Below are positions 48,301 through 60,139 of a DNA stretch of 64,000 nucleotides, piece by piece. Position 1 is the first letter of the stretch. Each line of letters opens with the position of its first letter. Both the position numbers and the translations under genes were made by a program. The stretch comes from Leucoraja ocellata (Eukaryota). The stretch spans positions 4,774,001 through 4,838,000 of the forward strand of contig JAWMAR010000070.1 in the NCBI GenBank assembly GCA_036785375.1, in the 5' to 3' direction. The notes beneath the pieces were generated by a model that did not search any database, was not told the DNA's origin, and saw nothing but the letters and a program-made list of their open reading frames with translations.

Positions 48301-48846
48301 TGATCTTTCATCATTAATGTGTCCACAGGGTCAAGGGGAATAACTGGACCTAAGGAGGTGAGGGGAGAATTGGGGCAGTCGGTCACTGTGGAATGTCGGT
48401 ATGATCAGGAATACACTGACAACAAGAAGCGATGGAGTAAAGGTTATTATAACACAAATTCTTCTACCGTGGTTTCTACTGATGACCCACAATATAGGAG
48501 AACATCGATGAGTGATAACAAAACACAACGGATAGTTTCAGTCACCATCGACAACCTGAAGAAGAGTGATGAAGGATACTACTGGTGTGTGCTGATTGTA
48601 AAGGGAATATTTCCAATCAATAAAAGGACCTCCATCTCATTGACGGTTTCTGAAGGTACGTTGACGATCTCTCCTCACTCTCCCAGATGTGAACATTCCA
48701 GCCTGGGAATTCCCGGCCTCGGTCCTGACGGTGACTCGGTGCCACATCCCCGGGGGTCGGGGTGAAGGAGGGGGGAGCACATTTACTGGGGTCCCGGCCC
48801 ATGGGGCCACACCAAGAGCCCACTGTTCCAGGAGCAGTGTGTGTGT

Positions 48847-48877
<31 letters not shown>

Positions 48878-51800
48878 CTCATCAATGGGGACCGGCGGTT
48901 CTGCTGCTGGCGGCTCATTTCCCCAAAGACGATCGCTCCAGGTCCAGAACCTCTGCCGCCCCTCACTGGAGCAGGGGAACAGCCAGAACCTCTGGTGCCC
49001 CCTCACCCTCTCCCCCTGCCCGTCACTGTCACACCCACCACACACACAACATCTGTAGAAAGGTCCCAACACTAAACATTGTCAGTTCATTCCTTCCACA
49101 GATGCTGCCTGACCTGCTGAGTTACTCCAGCACTTTGTGTTTTGCTCAAGATTCCAGCACCTGCAATTCCTTGTGTCTCACAAACTTTGGTGATTCATGA
49201 GTTCAGTTTATCGTTGTCGTCTGTACTGAGGTACAGGGAAAAGCTTTTACCATGTTTCCAATGAAGGCCAAATCATTGGGTATTTTTCAGATTCACAGGT
49301 TCTCGATTAGTATGAGTGTCAAGCGATATGGGGAGAAGGGAAGAGAATGGGGTTGAGAGGGAGAGATAGATCAGCCATGATTGAATGGCGGAGTAGACAT
49401 AAATAAGCCAAATGGCCGCATTCTGCCCCTATCACATGAACTTCATAACAAGACGATTTCAGTACAGTAGTAGAGGGGTTCTTCCGCAGTTGTATCAGGC
49501 TCTGGTAAGACCACATCTGGAGTATTGTGTACAGTTTTGGTCTAATTTGAGGAAGAACATCCTTGTGATTGAGGCAGTGCAGCGTAGGTTCACGAGATTG
49601 CTCCCTGGGATGGCGGGACTGTCATATGAGGAAAGATTGAAAAGACTAGGCTCAAAACTGGAGTTTAGAAGGATGAGTGGGTTTCTTATAGAAACTTATA
49701 AAATTATAAAAGGACTGGACAAGCTTGATGAAGGAAAAATGTTCCCAATGTTGGGCAAGTCCAGAACCAGGGGCCACAGCCTTAGAATAAAGGGGAGGCC
49801 ATTTCAGACTGAGGTGAGAAAAAACTTTTTCACCCAGAGAGTTGTGAATTTGTGGAATTCCGTGCCACAGAGGGCAGTGGAGGCCAAATCACTGGATGGA
49901 TTTAAGAGAGAGTTAGATAGAGCTCCAGGGGCTAGTGGAATCAAGGGATATGGGGAGAAGGCAGGCACGGGTTATTGATTGGGGCGTTCAGCCCTGATCA
50001 CAGTGAATGGCGGTGCAGGCTCGAAGGGCTGAATGGCCTCCTCTTGCACCTATTTTCTATGTTTCTATAACGTATGAAGGAAGAATCCTCATGAGATGAC
50101 TAGATCAAGGGGCTTGTTCATCTATGGTGGCCTCAGAAGGATCCTTGCTCAAATCTCTGGATTGGGATTTGAACCCAGGAATCTCCCCACACGGAGCAAG
50201 AGCGCTCCCGACTGAGGCATCTCCGACACATCACTAAAGTGGCACAGAACGTGCTTTCAGACTTTTAATGTTCAAAAACGTCATTCACTTTATCTCCACA
50301 AGGGTCTCAAACAAGCCGCCCAGACATGGTCACCACCACCTCTACAACAATAATCCCAGTGAAATGGGAATTAACACCGGCGGGAAAAGCATTAAAGTGC
50401 ACCAGGATCTATGCAAAAGGAGAGAGACACAAAATGCTGGAGTAACTCAGCGGGACGGGCAGCATCTCTGGAGAGAAGGAAATGGGTGAGGAAACATCAC
50501 CCGTCGGTTTCTCCCGAGATGCTGCCTGTCCCGCTGAGTTACTCCGGCTCTTTGTGTCTATCTTTGGTGTAAACCAGCACCTGCAGTTCCTTGTTACACA
50601 TGATCTATGCGAAACCATGAACCTGTCTGAACAGCACAAATGACATGTTTTTTATTGTTAAACCACAGCTTGTGTTACTGCAGTGTGAGTGATCTTTCAT
50701 CATTAATGTGCCCACAGGGTCAAGGGGAATAACTGGACCCGAGGAGGTGAGGGGAGAGTTGGGGCAGTCGGTCACTGTGGAATGTCGGTACGATCGGAAA
50801 TACAAAGACAACGACAAGCTATGGAGTAAAGGTGATTATTACCTGTCATCTCCTACCGTGGTTTCTACTGATCACCCACAACAAGAGAGAACATCGATGA
50901 CTGATGACAAAAAACAACGGATAGTTTCAGTCACCATCGACAACCTGGAGAAGAGTGATGAAGGACGCTACTGGTGTGTGCTGATTTTAAAGGAAATATT
51001 TTCAAGCAATGAAAGGACCTCCATCTCATTGACGGTTTCTGAAGGTACGTTGACGATCTCTCCTCACTCTCCCAGATGTGAACATTCCAGCCTGGGAATT
51101 CCCGGCCTCGGTCCTGACGGTGACTCGGTGCCTCATCTCCGGGGGTCGGGGTGAAGGAGGGGGGAGCACATTTACTGGGGTCCCGGCCCATGGGGCCACA
51201 CCAAGAGCCCACTGTCCCAGGAGCAGTGTGTGTGAGGGGGGGGGGGTGGCGTGGGGGGAGCTCATCAATGGGGACCGGCGGTTCTGCTGCTGGCGGTTCA
51301 TTTCCCCAAAGACGATCGCTCCGGGTCCATAACCTCTGCCGCCCCTCACTGGAGCAGGGGAACAGCCAGAACCTCTGGTGCCCCCTCACCCTCTCCCCCT
51401 GCCCGTCACTGTCACACCCACCACACACACAACATCTGTAGAAAGGTCCCAACCTTAAACATTGTCAGTTCATTCCTTCCACGGATGCTGCCTGACCTGC
51501 TGAGTTACTCCAGCACTTTGTGTTTTGCTCAAGATTCCAGCACCTGCAATTCCTTGTGTCTCACAAACTTTGGTGATTCATGAGCTCAGTTTATTGTTGT
51601 CGTCTGTACTGAGGTACAGGGAAAAGCTTTTACCATGTTTCCAATGAAGGCCAAATCATTGGGTATTTTTAAGATTCACAGGTTCTCGATTAGTATGAGT
51701 GTCAAGCGATATGGGGAGAAGGGAAGAGAATGGGGTTGAGAGGGAGAGATAGATCAGCCATGATTGAATGGCGGAGTAGACATAAATAAGCCAAATGGCC

Positions 51801-54800
51801 GCATTCTGCCCCTATCACATGAACTTCATAACAAGACGATTTCAGTACAGTAGTAGAGGGGTTCTTCCGCAGTTGTATCAGGCTCTGGTAAGACCACATC
51901 TGGAGTATTGTGTACAGTTTTGGTCTAATTTGAGGAAGAACATCCTTGTGATTGAGGCAGTGCAGCGTAGGTTCACGAGATTGCTCCCTGGGATGGCGGG
52001 ACTGTCATATGAGGAAAGATTGAAAAGACTAGGCTCAAAACTGGAGTTTAGAAGGATGAGTGGGTTTCTTATAGAAACTTATAAAATTATAAAAGGACTG
52101 GACAAGCTTGATGAAGGAAAAATGTTCCCAATGTTGGGCAAGTCCAGAACCAGGGGCCACAGCCTTAGAATAAAGGGGAGGCCATTTCAGACTGAGGTGA
52201 GAAAAAACTTTTTCACCCAGAGAGTTGTGAATTTGTGGAATTCCGTGCCACAGAGGGCAGTGGAGGCCAAATCACTGGATGGATTTAAGAGAGAGTTAGA
52301 TAGAGCTCCAGGGGCTAGTGGAATCAAGGGATATGGGGAGAAGGCAGGCACGGGTTATTGATTGGGGACGTTCAGCCCTGATCACAGTGAATGGCGGTGC
52401 AGGCTCGAAGGGCTGAAGTCATTGGGTATTTTCAGGTGGAGATTGACAGGTTCTCAATTAGTACGGGTGTCAAGCGATATGGGGAGAAGGGAAGAGAATG
52501 GGGTTGAGAGGGAGAGATAGATCAGCCATGATTGAAAGGTGGAATAGACTCAATGGGCCAAATGGCCTCAATCTGCCCCTATCATTTATGAACTAATGAA
52601 CTAAGAATCCTCAAGCGATGAGTGATATAGACTTTACACTGAGTCACACAAACTGTACAAGATGAGATATTCAACGGGTCGGGCAGCTTCTGTGGAGAGA
52701 GAACGAGAGTTAATGTTTCAGGTAGATACCTCCAACCAAATTGCATTATTTCCAATTCAGTCCGCGTAATGAAAATAGTCCATGGATCCTCCCGCTCCCA
52801 AGTTCTTCTCCAACGTAGAAAAGATGTGCCTAACTCTAGCAGCAGGCAGATAACACAGCCTGTGGGACTCTGAAGGGCATGAAAGAAGTCTCGGAATGCT
52901 TGTGACCATCTGGTGGCATCTTAATGGGTGAGTCTCTGGTCTAGATCAAGAGGCTTGGTCCATCTATGGTGGCCTCAGAAGGATCTTTGCTCAAATCTCT
53001 GGATTGGGATTTGAACCCAGGAATGTCCCCACACAGAGCAAGAGCGCTCCCGACTGAAGCATCTCCCACACATCACTAAAGTGGCACAGAACATGCTTTC
53101 AGACATTTAATGTTCAAAAACGTCATTCCCTTTATCTCCACAAGGATCTCAAACAAGCCGCCCAGACATGGTCACCACCACCTCTGCAACAATAAGCACA
53201 AAGGCTTCCACCACAACCATTCTGACCACCATGCCTCAAGATGCACCAACCACCAAGGCAGCAAGTTCCACAGAGTCTCCTGGTTCAACACCTCCAAACA
53301 GGTTAGTAACTCGAAGAGTCAACTCAGCCTCACCTGAGAACAAATTAGTTAAGTTCAGTTCAGCTCAGTTTAAAGATACAGCGTGGAAATGGACCCTTTG
53401 GCCCACCCAGTCCGCTCTGAGCAGCGATCACCCCATACACCAGTTCTGTTCTACACACTAGGGGAAACTTACTACAAACCCGCACGTCTTTGGAATGTGG
53501 GAGGAAACTGGAGAACCCAGAGTAAACTCTTGCGATCACAGGGAGAACGTACAGACTCTGCACTGACAGCACCGGTATAAGGATCGACCCCGCATCTACT
53601 GTGCTGTGAGGCAGCAACTCTACCGCTGAGCTGACATCTCAATGGGCGAGCCTCATGTCTACATCAAGGGGCTTGGTCCATCTATGGTGGCCTAGGAAGG
53701 ATCCTTGCTCAAATCTCAGGTTTGGGATTCGAATCAAGAATCTCCCCACACAGAGCAAGATCGCCCCCAACTGAAGCATCTCCCACACGTCACTAAAGTG
53801 GCACAGAACGTGATTATAAACATTTAATGTTCAAAGACTTCATTCACTTTATCTTCACAAGGGTCTCAAACATATCACCCAGATATCCTCACCACTTTGG
53901 TGTGTGTGTGGGGGGGGGGGGGGGGGGTTGCACGGTGGCGCAGCGGTAGAGTTGCTGCCTTACAATGCTTGTAGCGCTGGAGACCCAGGTTCGATCCCGA
54001 CTACAGGTGCTGCCTGTACGGGGTTTGTACGTTATCCCCACGACCGCATGGGTTTTCTCTGAGATCTTTGATTTCCTCCAACACTCTAAAGACATACAGG
54101 TATGTAAGTAGATTGGCTTGGCGTATGTGTCAATTGCCCCTAGTGTGTGTAGCCTAGTGTTAGTGTGCGAGGATCGCTGGTCGGTGTGGACTCCATGGGC
54201 CGTCGGGCCTGTTTCCGCGCTATATCTCAAAATTAAACTAAACTGGATTAAAATATGGTCACCACCACCTCAGGAACCACCACACCCACTCTGCCTCCGG
54301 AAGCATCGACCACCAGGGGCTCCTGGTTCATCGCCTCGACACAGGTCAGTGACTCAAAGTCCCAGTACTTTGAGAAAGCGTGGCTGATCACATTCCAGTC
54401 CATTGATAAATACTCCTTGGCCCTGACTAAAGTCCCTCTGTCCTTAGTACACCCAGTGGCCCTACCATTGTGAATGTCTACCCTTACATGATGCCAAAAA
54501 CAAATAACGTCACACTTATCACGGTTCAATACCTGCTGGCATTGCTCTGCCCAACATACCAGTTGCTTCTTATCCCTCTGTGGTCTATGATTATCGTACT
54601 TTCCAAAATGAGACAATGTTGGTGTAATCTGTAAACTCGTAAATCATACTTCCAACATTAACATCTAAGGCCGGCAGATGGGACTAGTGTAGATAAGGAC
54701 ATCATGGTCGGCAATGGGGAAATTGGGTCAAAGGACATGTTTTCGTGCTCTATGTCTGACCATCAAAATGAACATCTAAGTTGTTAATGCATGTAGTCAT

Positions 54801-55075
54801 GGAACACCTCCAAGGAATGGGTGCATGTTGCGATATCAACATCTCACCAATGTCTACGCCACAACCTGGGATCACACTGAATGATTCCGTGTGCAATATG
54901 ATGAAAGAAAATTACCAGCGTTGATCTGTGGTAACTCTGTGTGGAAGTAATAATATTTCCTTGGATTTCCAGGAACTTGTTCGCCTTGTGTTGGGGTGTG
55001 TTACGCTGGGTACTCTTTGGAATTCTGCTTCTCTTCCCGGTTTCCATCAGCTGTGTGACAACTTTGAAAAGGTGA
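42234..55075 (+). CDS. CD300/pIgR-like receptor gene 3, 4 V-Ig domains, ~552 aa; join(42234..42330,46010..46333,47135..47458,48329..48655,50718..51044,53145..53301,54973..55075)
   Basis: Phases compatible, 1659 nt open to TGA. Confidence 0.85.
43767..44419 (+). mobile_element. Rex1/Babar-type LINE 3' fragment (gene 3 intron 1)
   Basis: Paralogue of 4325..4977. Confidence 0.8.
46010..46333 (+). CDS. Gene 3 V-type Ig exon D1
   Basis: 324 nt open, AACAG acceptor, GTAAGT donor. Confidence 0.92.
47135..47458 (+). CDS. Gene 3 V-type Ig exon D2
   Basis: 324 nt open, canonical sites. Confidence 0.92.
48329..48655 (+). CDS. Gene 3 V-type Ig exon D3
   Basis: 327 nt open, canonical sites. Confidence 0.92.
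49444..50068 (+). mobile_element. CR1 LINE 3' fragment (paralogue of 10425..11050)
   Basis: Near-identical 188-aa ORF. Confidence 0.9.
50303..50445 (+). pseudogene. Chimeric truncated stalk exon (gene 3)
   Basis: Paralogue of 11279..11421, open to TAA. Confidence 0.6.
50718..51044 (+). CDS. Gene 3 V-type Ig exon D4
   Basis: 327 nt open, DEGRYWC. Confidence 0.92.
51827..52416 (+). mobile_element. CR1 LINE 3' fragment (intragenic duplicate in gene 3)
   Basis: ORF identical to 49412..49978; truncated in the 3' UTR. Confidence 0.88.
53145..53301 (+). CDS. Gene 3 Ser/Thr-rich stalk exon
   Basis: GSQTSRPDMVTTTSATISTKASTTTILTTMPQDAPTTKAASSTESPGSTPPN; phase 1 to phase 2. Confidence 0.8.
53862..54344 (+). 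pseudogene. Duplicate stalk exon disrupted by a SINE (gene 3)
   Basis: Paralogue of 14382..14873. Confidence 0.62.
54973..55075 (+). CDS. Gene 3 TM exon RNLFALCWGVLRWVLFGILLLFPVSISCVTTLKR*
   Basis: Phase-2 acceptor; 9 nt shorter than in genes 1/2 but in frame. Confidence 0.82.
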
Positions 55076-56120
55076 AAGTTTGCAATCTCTTCACTCTGGT
55101 GTTCACATTAAATTCAACTGGAAATGATGGGAATTTACTTTAGAATTGTAGAGATAAAGTGTGGACATACAGTGCCCTCCATAATGTTTGGGACAAAGAC
55201 CCTTCATTTATTTATTTGCCTCTGTATTCCACAATTTGAGATTTGTAATTGAAAAAAATCACGTGGTTAAAGTGCACATTGTCAGATTTTATTAAAGGGT
55301 ATACAGCCAATCAAGTCCGCCCCGACCAATGATCACCCCGTACACGCGCACTATCCCACACACGAGGGACAATTTACAATTATACAGAGGCCAATTAACC
55401 TATAAAACTACACGTCTTTGGATTGTGGTAAGAAACCGGAGCACCCGGAGAAAACCCACGCTGTCACAGGCAGAACATACAAACTCCGTACAGACAGCAC
55501 CCGTAGTCATGATCAAACCCGGGTCTCTGGTGCTGTAAGGCAGCAACTCTACCGCTGCGCCACTGTGCCACCCTGGGTCATTTCCTCAGGTAACATTTGA
55601 TGATGGAGATTATAAACTGTGTTTTAATTGTTATTCAAGGAAAAAAACAGCCAAGACCTTGGAGATGGGGTCGGCAGTGGTGGAGGAAGGAGAGGAACAG
55701 CGCCGGTGAGCTGGCTGGGTGAGGCCTCACCTCGCATGGAGACGGCCGTGGGAGGCGAGGGGAAAAGGGTGCGTTGGTGGGTCGAGGTGTGGGCGGAGTG
55801 CGAGTGGGCTGCTGGAGGCCCTGCAGCAGCCGGTGGATCGGGTGCCGCTGGAGGCCCCACAGAGGTCGGGGACGAGCGCACGGATCGGACACGGCCTGCA
55901 GCGGCACGGAGCGGTGGTGGAGGCACCGACAACATCGCCAGGCCAGGCCGAACCCTGCAACTCCCACCCAGTGCCGTCTCCATGACAACGGGCCTTTAAA
56001 CCCAAAATAAAACGGGCCTTTAAGCCCAATTTGATGTTTAAGAATATAAGATACTGCCAGAAATGTGGCAACTCTTGTGTACTGCATCATATAATCTGCT
56101 ATTAATACTCTTGTTCTTAG

Positions 56121-56145
56121 CTTCAGCTGTGCTTATATCAAGTAA
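56121..56145 (+). CDS. Possible short terminal exon of gene 3
   Basis: Paralogue of 16656..16680. Confidence 0.45.
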
Positions 56146-57617
56146 GATTTTTACTGAATTCTATACAAAAGAAATGTCACTGTACCCATGTGCATGATAC
56201 AATAAAGTACCATTGAACCATTGAACAATGGGGATATAAAAACGGTTAAATGATTACGTATTGAACTGTGGACACGCGTTAGAAGAATAAGATAAAAATG
56301 AAGGGTAATCGTTATATCAATATTGTTATTATGACGGAATGACGCCCAATAATCATCGTTTAGCTTTTCAGTGCCAGAGAGGGTGTTCACCAGTTGGAGA
56401 TGTACAAATCTCATCACCTTGACCCAACAGCATCACCACACCCCACCTATGTCCAATCTACCTTGACCACTTGAGGAGGAATTTCTTTAGCCAGAGGGTG
56501 ATGAATCTGTGGAATTCATTGCCACAGGCGGCTGTGGAGGTCAAGTCAATGGATATTTTTAAATTGGAGATTGACAGGTTTACTCAGGGTGACAAAGGTT
56601 GTGGGAAGAAGGCAGGAGAATGGGATGGAGGGGGAAAGATAGATCATCCATGATTGAATGGCGGAGTAGACTCGATGGAGCAAATGGCCGAATTCTGTAA
56701 CTATGTTTGCAGACACGTCTGTACATCCTGACATTCACCCAAAGGACAGCAGAACATAGACTAGAACTCAAAGCTGGCTTTCCAGAATGTGAACTTTTAA
56801 CTTTACTACCAATTGAATTGCTGTGTGAAACCCTGCACATTGAATAATGATTAAAATAATCCAATGTAATAAAAGATGGCTGAATTTTTGTCATAAAGTC
56901 ATAAGTGATAAGAGTAGAATTAGTTTGGTTTAGAGATAGCGCATGGAAACAGGCCCATTGATCCACCGAGTCCATGCCGACCACTGATCACCTGTACACA
57001 CTATGTTTAAGAAGGAACAGCAGATGCTGGAAAAGTGAAGGTAGACAAAAACGCTGAGTTTCTCCAGCATTGTTGTCTACCTGTACACACACTAGTTCTG
57101 TTATCCCACTTTCTCATCCATTCCCTACAGATTTGCGACAATCTTGCAGAGGTATTTAACCTACAAACTCGCATGGATTAGGGATGTGGGAGGAAGCCGG
57201 AGCACCTGGAGGAAACCCATGAGGTCACAGGTAGAACATTCAAACTCCACACAGACAGCACCCGTAGAGAGGACCAAACCCGGGTCTCTGGCGCTGTGAG
57301 GCAGCAGCAAACCGCTGCACCACCGTGCCGCTCTGAAGAGAGAGAGCAGGCTTGTGAGAGCAGACAGCAGAGCAGCAGGCCAGCTAAATGCCTCATCAGA
57401 GTGACAGCACCTCCAGCAACTTTAGACACAGTGCTTAGAACAAACGGAATCAAGGGATATGGGGAGAGAGCAGGAACTGGGTACTGATTTATGTTGATCT
57501 GCCACGATCATATTGAATGGCGGTGCTGGTTCGAAGGGCCGAATGGCCTACTCCAGCGCCTATTTTCTATGCTTCTATGTTTCCATTGCGGAGCTCCCTC
57601 AGTACTACTCAGTACAA

Positions 57618-58065
57618 CAGTTACAGAGATAGGTTGAATAAGTTAGGTCTTTATTCTCTGGAGCGCAGAAGGTTAAGGGGGGACTTGATAGAGGTCTTTA
57701 AAATGATGAGAGGGATAGACAGTGTTCATGTGGACAAGCTTTTCCCTTTGAGAATAGGGAAGATTCAAACAAGAGGACATGACTTCAGAATTAAGGGACA
57801 GAAGTTTAGGGGTAATATGAGGGGGAACTTCTTTACTCAGAGAGTGGTAGCGGTGTGGAATGAGCTTCCAGTGGAAGTGGTGGAGGCAGGTTCATTGGTA
57901 TCATTTAAAAATAAATTGGATAGGCATATGGATGAGAAGGGAATGGAGGGTTATGGTATGAGTGCAGGCAGGTGGGACTAAGGGGAAAAAAAGTTGTTCG
58001 GCATAGACTTGTAGGGCCGAGATGGCCTGTTTCCGTGCTGTAATTGTTATATGGTTATATGGTTA
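57618..58065 (+). mobile_element. CR1 LINE 3' fragment (paralogue of 32338..32785)
   Basis: ORF 57517..57981. Confidence 0.88.
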
Positions 58066-60139
58066 ACTCTCCCTCCGTGCTCGGCGTTCTGGAGTGGGAA
58101 CTGAACCAACATCTCTCTAACTCACTCAATAGTTTTCACCCACTGAGTTTGCACTGCAGAACCCAACACTGGGCCTTGGTGTGGCTCGGTTAGCGTGGTA
58201 AAGTCACACAGGACTCCTACTAGAAACAGCGTGGGAAATGTTAAACCTAGACCACAGGTCACACATTGAAAAACCATGTGAAACCCAACCCATTCTGAAA
58301 GTCTCAATGACTTCATTTTTGCATTCAAGGAATCTGTGGCAACCTCTTTAGTTTAGCCAATTATAGTCACGTGTACCGAGGTGCAGTGAAAAGCTTTTCT
58401 GTGTGTATGCTACCCAGTCAGTGAAAACACTGTATACGATTACAATCGAGCCGTCCACAGGTACAGGATAAAGGGAATAATGTTCAATGCAAGATACAGT
58501 CTAGTAAAATCCGATTAAAGATAGTTCCAAGGTCTCGAATGGAGTAGTTGGGAGGTCAGGACCACTCTGAATGGTCCCATCGAGAAATGTTACCCATCCT
58601 TTTTGTCCAGAGAAGCTGCTTGACCCGCTGAGATGCTCCAACACTTTGTGCCTATCTGTGGTATAAACCAGCATCTGAAGTTCCTTGTTTCTACATTCCG
58701 CCCTTGTAGACTTGTGTGCATCTAATTTGGACACAACAAGTTCCCTTTAAAAAACAACAACTATCCTACAGATGACTTTGGTGTCCTTGGTTGATGGGAT
58801 ACCTCTTGCCCCAGAACAAGGAGATCCTCCACTATTCTGGTGCGAACCATTACAAAATGCTCTGTTCTTTAGAATTATTTATTCAGCGCCTTGAATGATG
58901 TTTAGCCACGGGCCTCACTGTACTGGGTGAGGTGCTAATGATAAACTGCTCAACACTCGATCGTTCCATCAACGGTTGTCGTCGTGTTGTGTGCAACCAA
59001 ATTGCACACAGCTAGCTCCCTGTAGAGAAGGGAGACAACTACCTACAGCTTGCCTTGTTGATCTTGGTTTGTAGGGAGAACTCTTGCCCCCAGAACAAGG
59101 AGTCTCTCCCCTATTCTGGTGCGAACTATCTCCAGGTGACCTTTCTCAGTGACTTGAGACAGAGCAGACAGCAGATCAGCTAAATGCCTCGGCAAAGTGA
59201 CTTCACCCCCAGCAGTGGCGAGCTCCCTCAGTACTGCACTCCCTCAGTCCTCGGGCTACAGGAGTGGGAGTTGAACCAACAACTCTCTGACTCAGATTTT
59301 TTTTTAAATTTCAAAATATACTTTATTCAAAAAATAAATATATGCAATACATGATCCTTACAAAACTCCATTCAACATTCTCGGTTGCTATGCGTACATG
59401 CAATACTGTTTACACAAATTAACCCCACACCTCGCCACTCGTGGACCACTGGCGTGGGATACCTTCCCATATTTTGAGGTGCATCTCCACCACACCCTGC
59501 CACTAGCTGACCTTTCGCTACATGTCTACACTGGCCCATGGTGTGGCTCAGTTAGCCTGTGAAAGTCACCCAAGCCACCCTCGAGAGAGAGAGGGTGATG
59601 AATCTGTGCCCTAGCCTCAGAATAAAAGGACATTCTTTGAGAAGGAATGTCTTTAGTCAGAGGGTGGTGAATCTGTGGAAATTATTGCGATAGAAGGATG
59701 TGGAGGTCAAGTCAATGGATATTTTGAAGGCTGAGATTGATAGATTCTAGATTAGTACGGGTGTCAGGGGTTACGGGGAGAAAGCAGGAGAATGGGGTCA
59801 AGAGGGAAAGATAGATCAGCCGTGATTGATTGAATGGCGAAGTGGACTTGATGGGCCGAATGTCCTAATTCTGCTCTTATAACTTATGAACATGACCTGG
59901 ATTGATCTGCTCATCTATATTCACACAGAGGTTCCTTGATCTTCAGTGGGGAGGGTGTGCTGCCTGTCCTATACCACTGTAGGACATAGGCTATTCAGTC
60001 CATCAAGTCTACTCCGCCATTCAATCATGGCCGATCCATCTCTCCCTCCTAACCCATTTTTCCTGCCTCTCCCCATAACCTCTGACACCTGTACTAATTA
60101 AATTCAGACTAATTAATCCGAAAGAATCCATCTATCCAC

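Larger units (their letters stand above)
32160..57438 (+). repeat. Segmental duplication unit C
   Basis: Collinear with A/B, plus an extra ~4.2 kb spacer and the Gypsy insertion. Confidence 0.9.

Noticed and set aside
2678-55075. Assignment as true PIGR, IgNAR or TCR V segments
   Set aside because: No long pIgR tail or second disulfide, no constant domains or RSS; only family-level CD300/pIgR-like similarity is supportable, so no gene symbol is given
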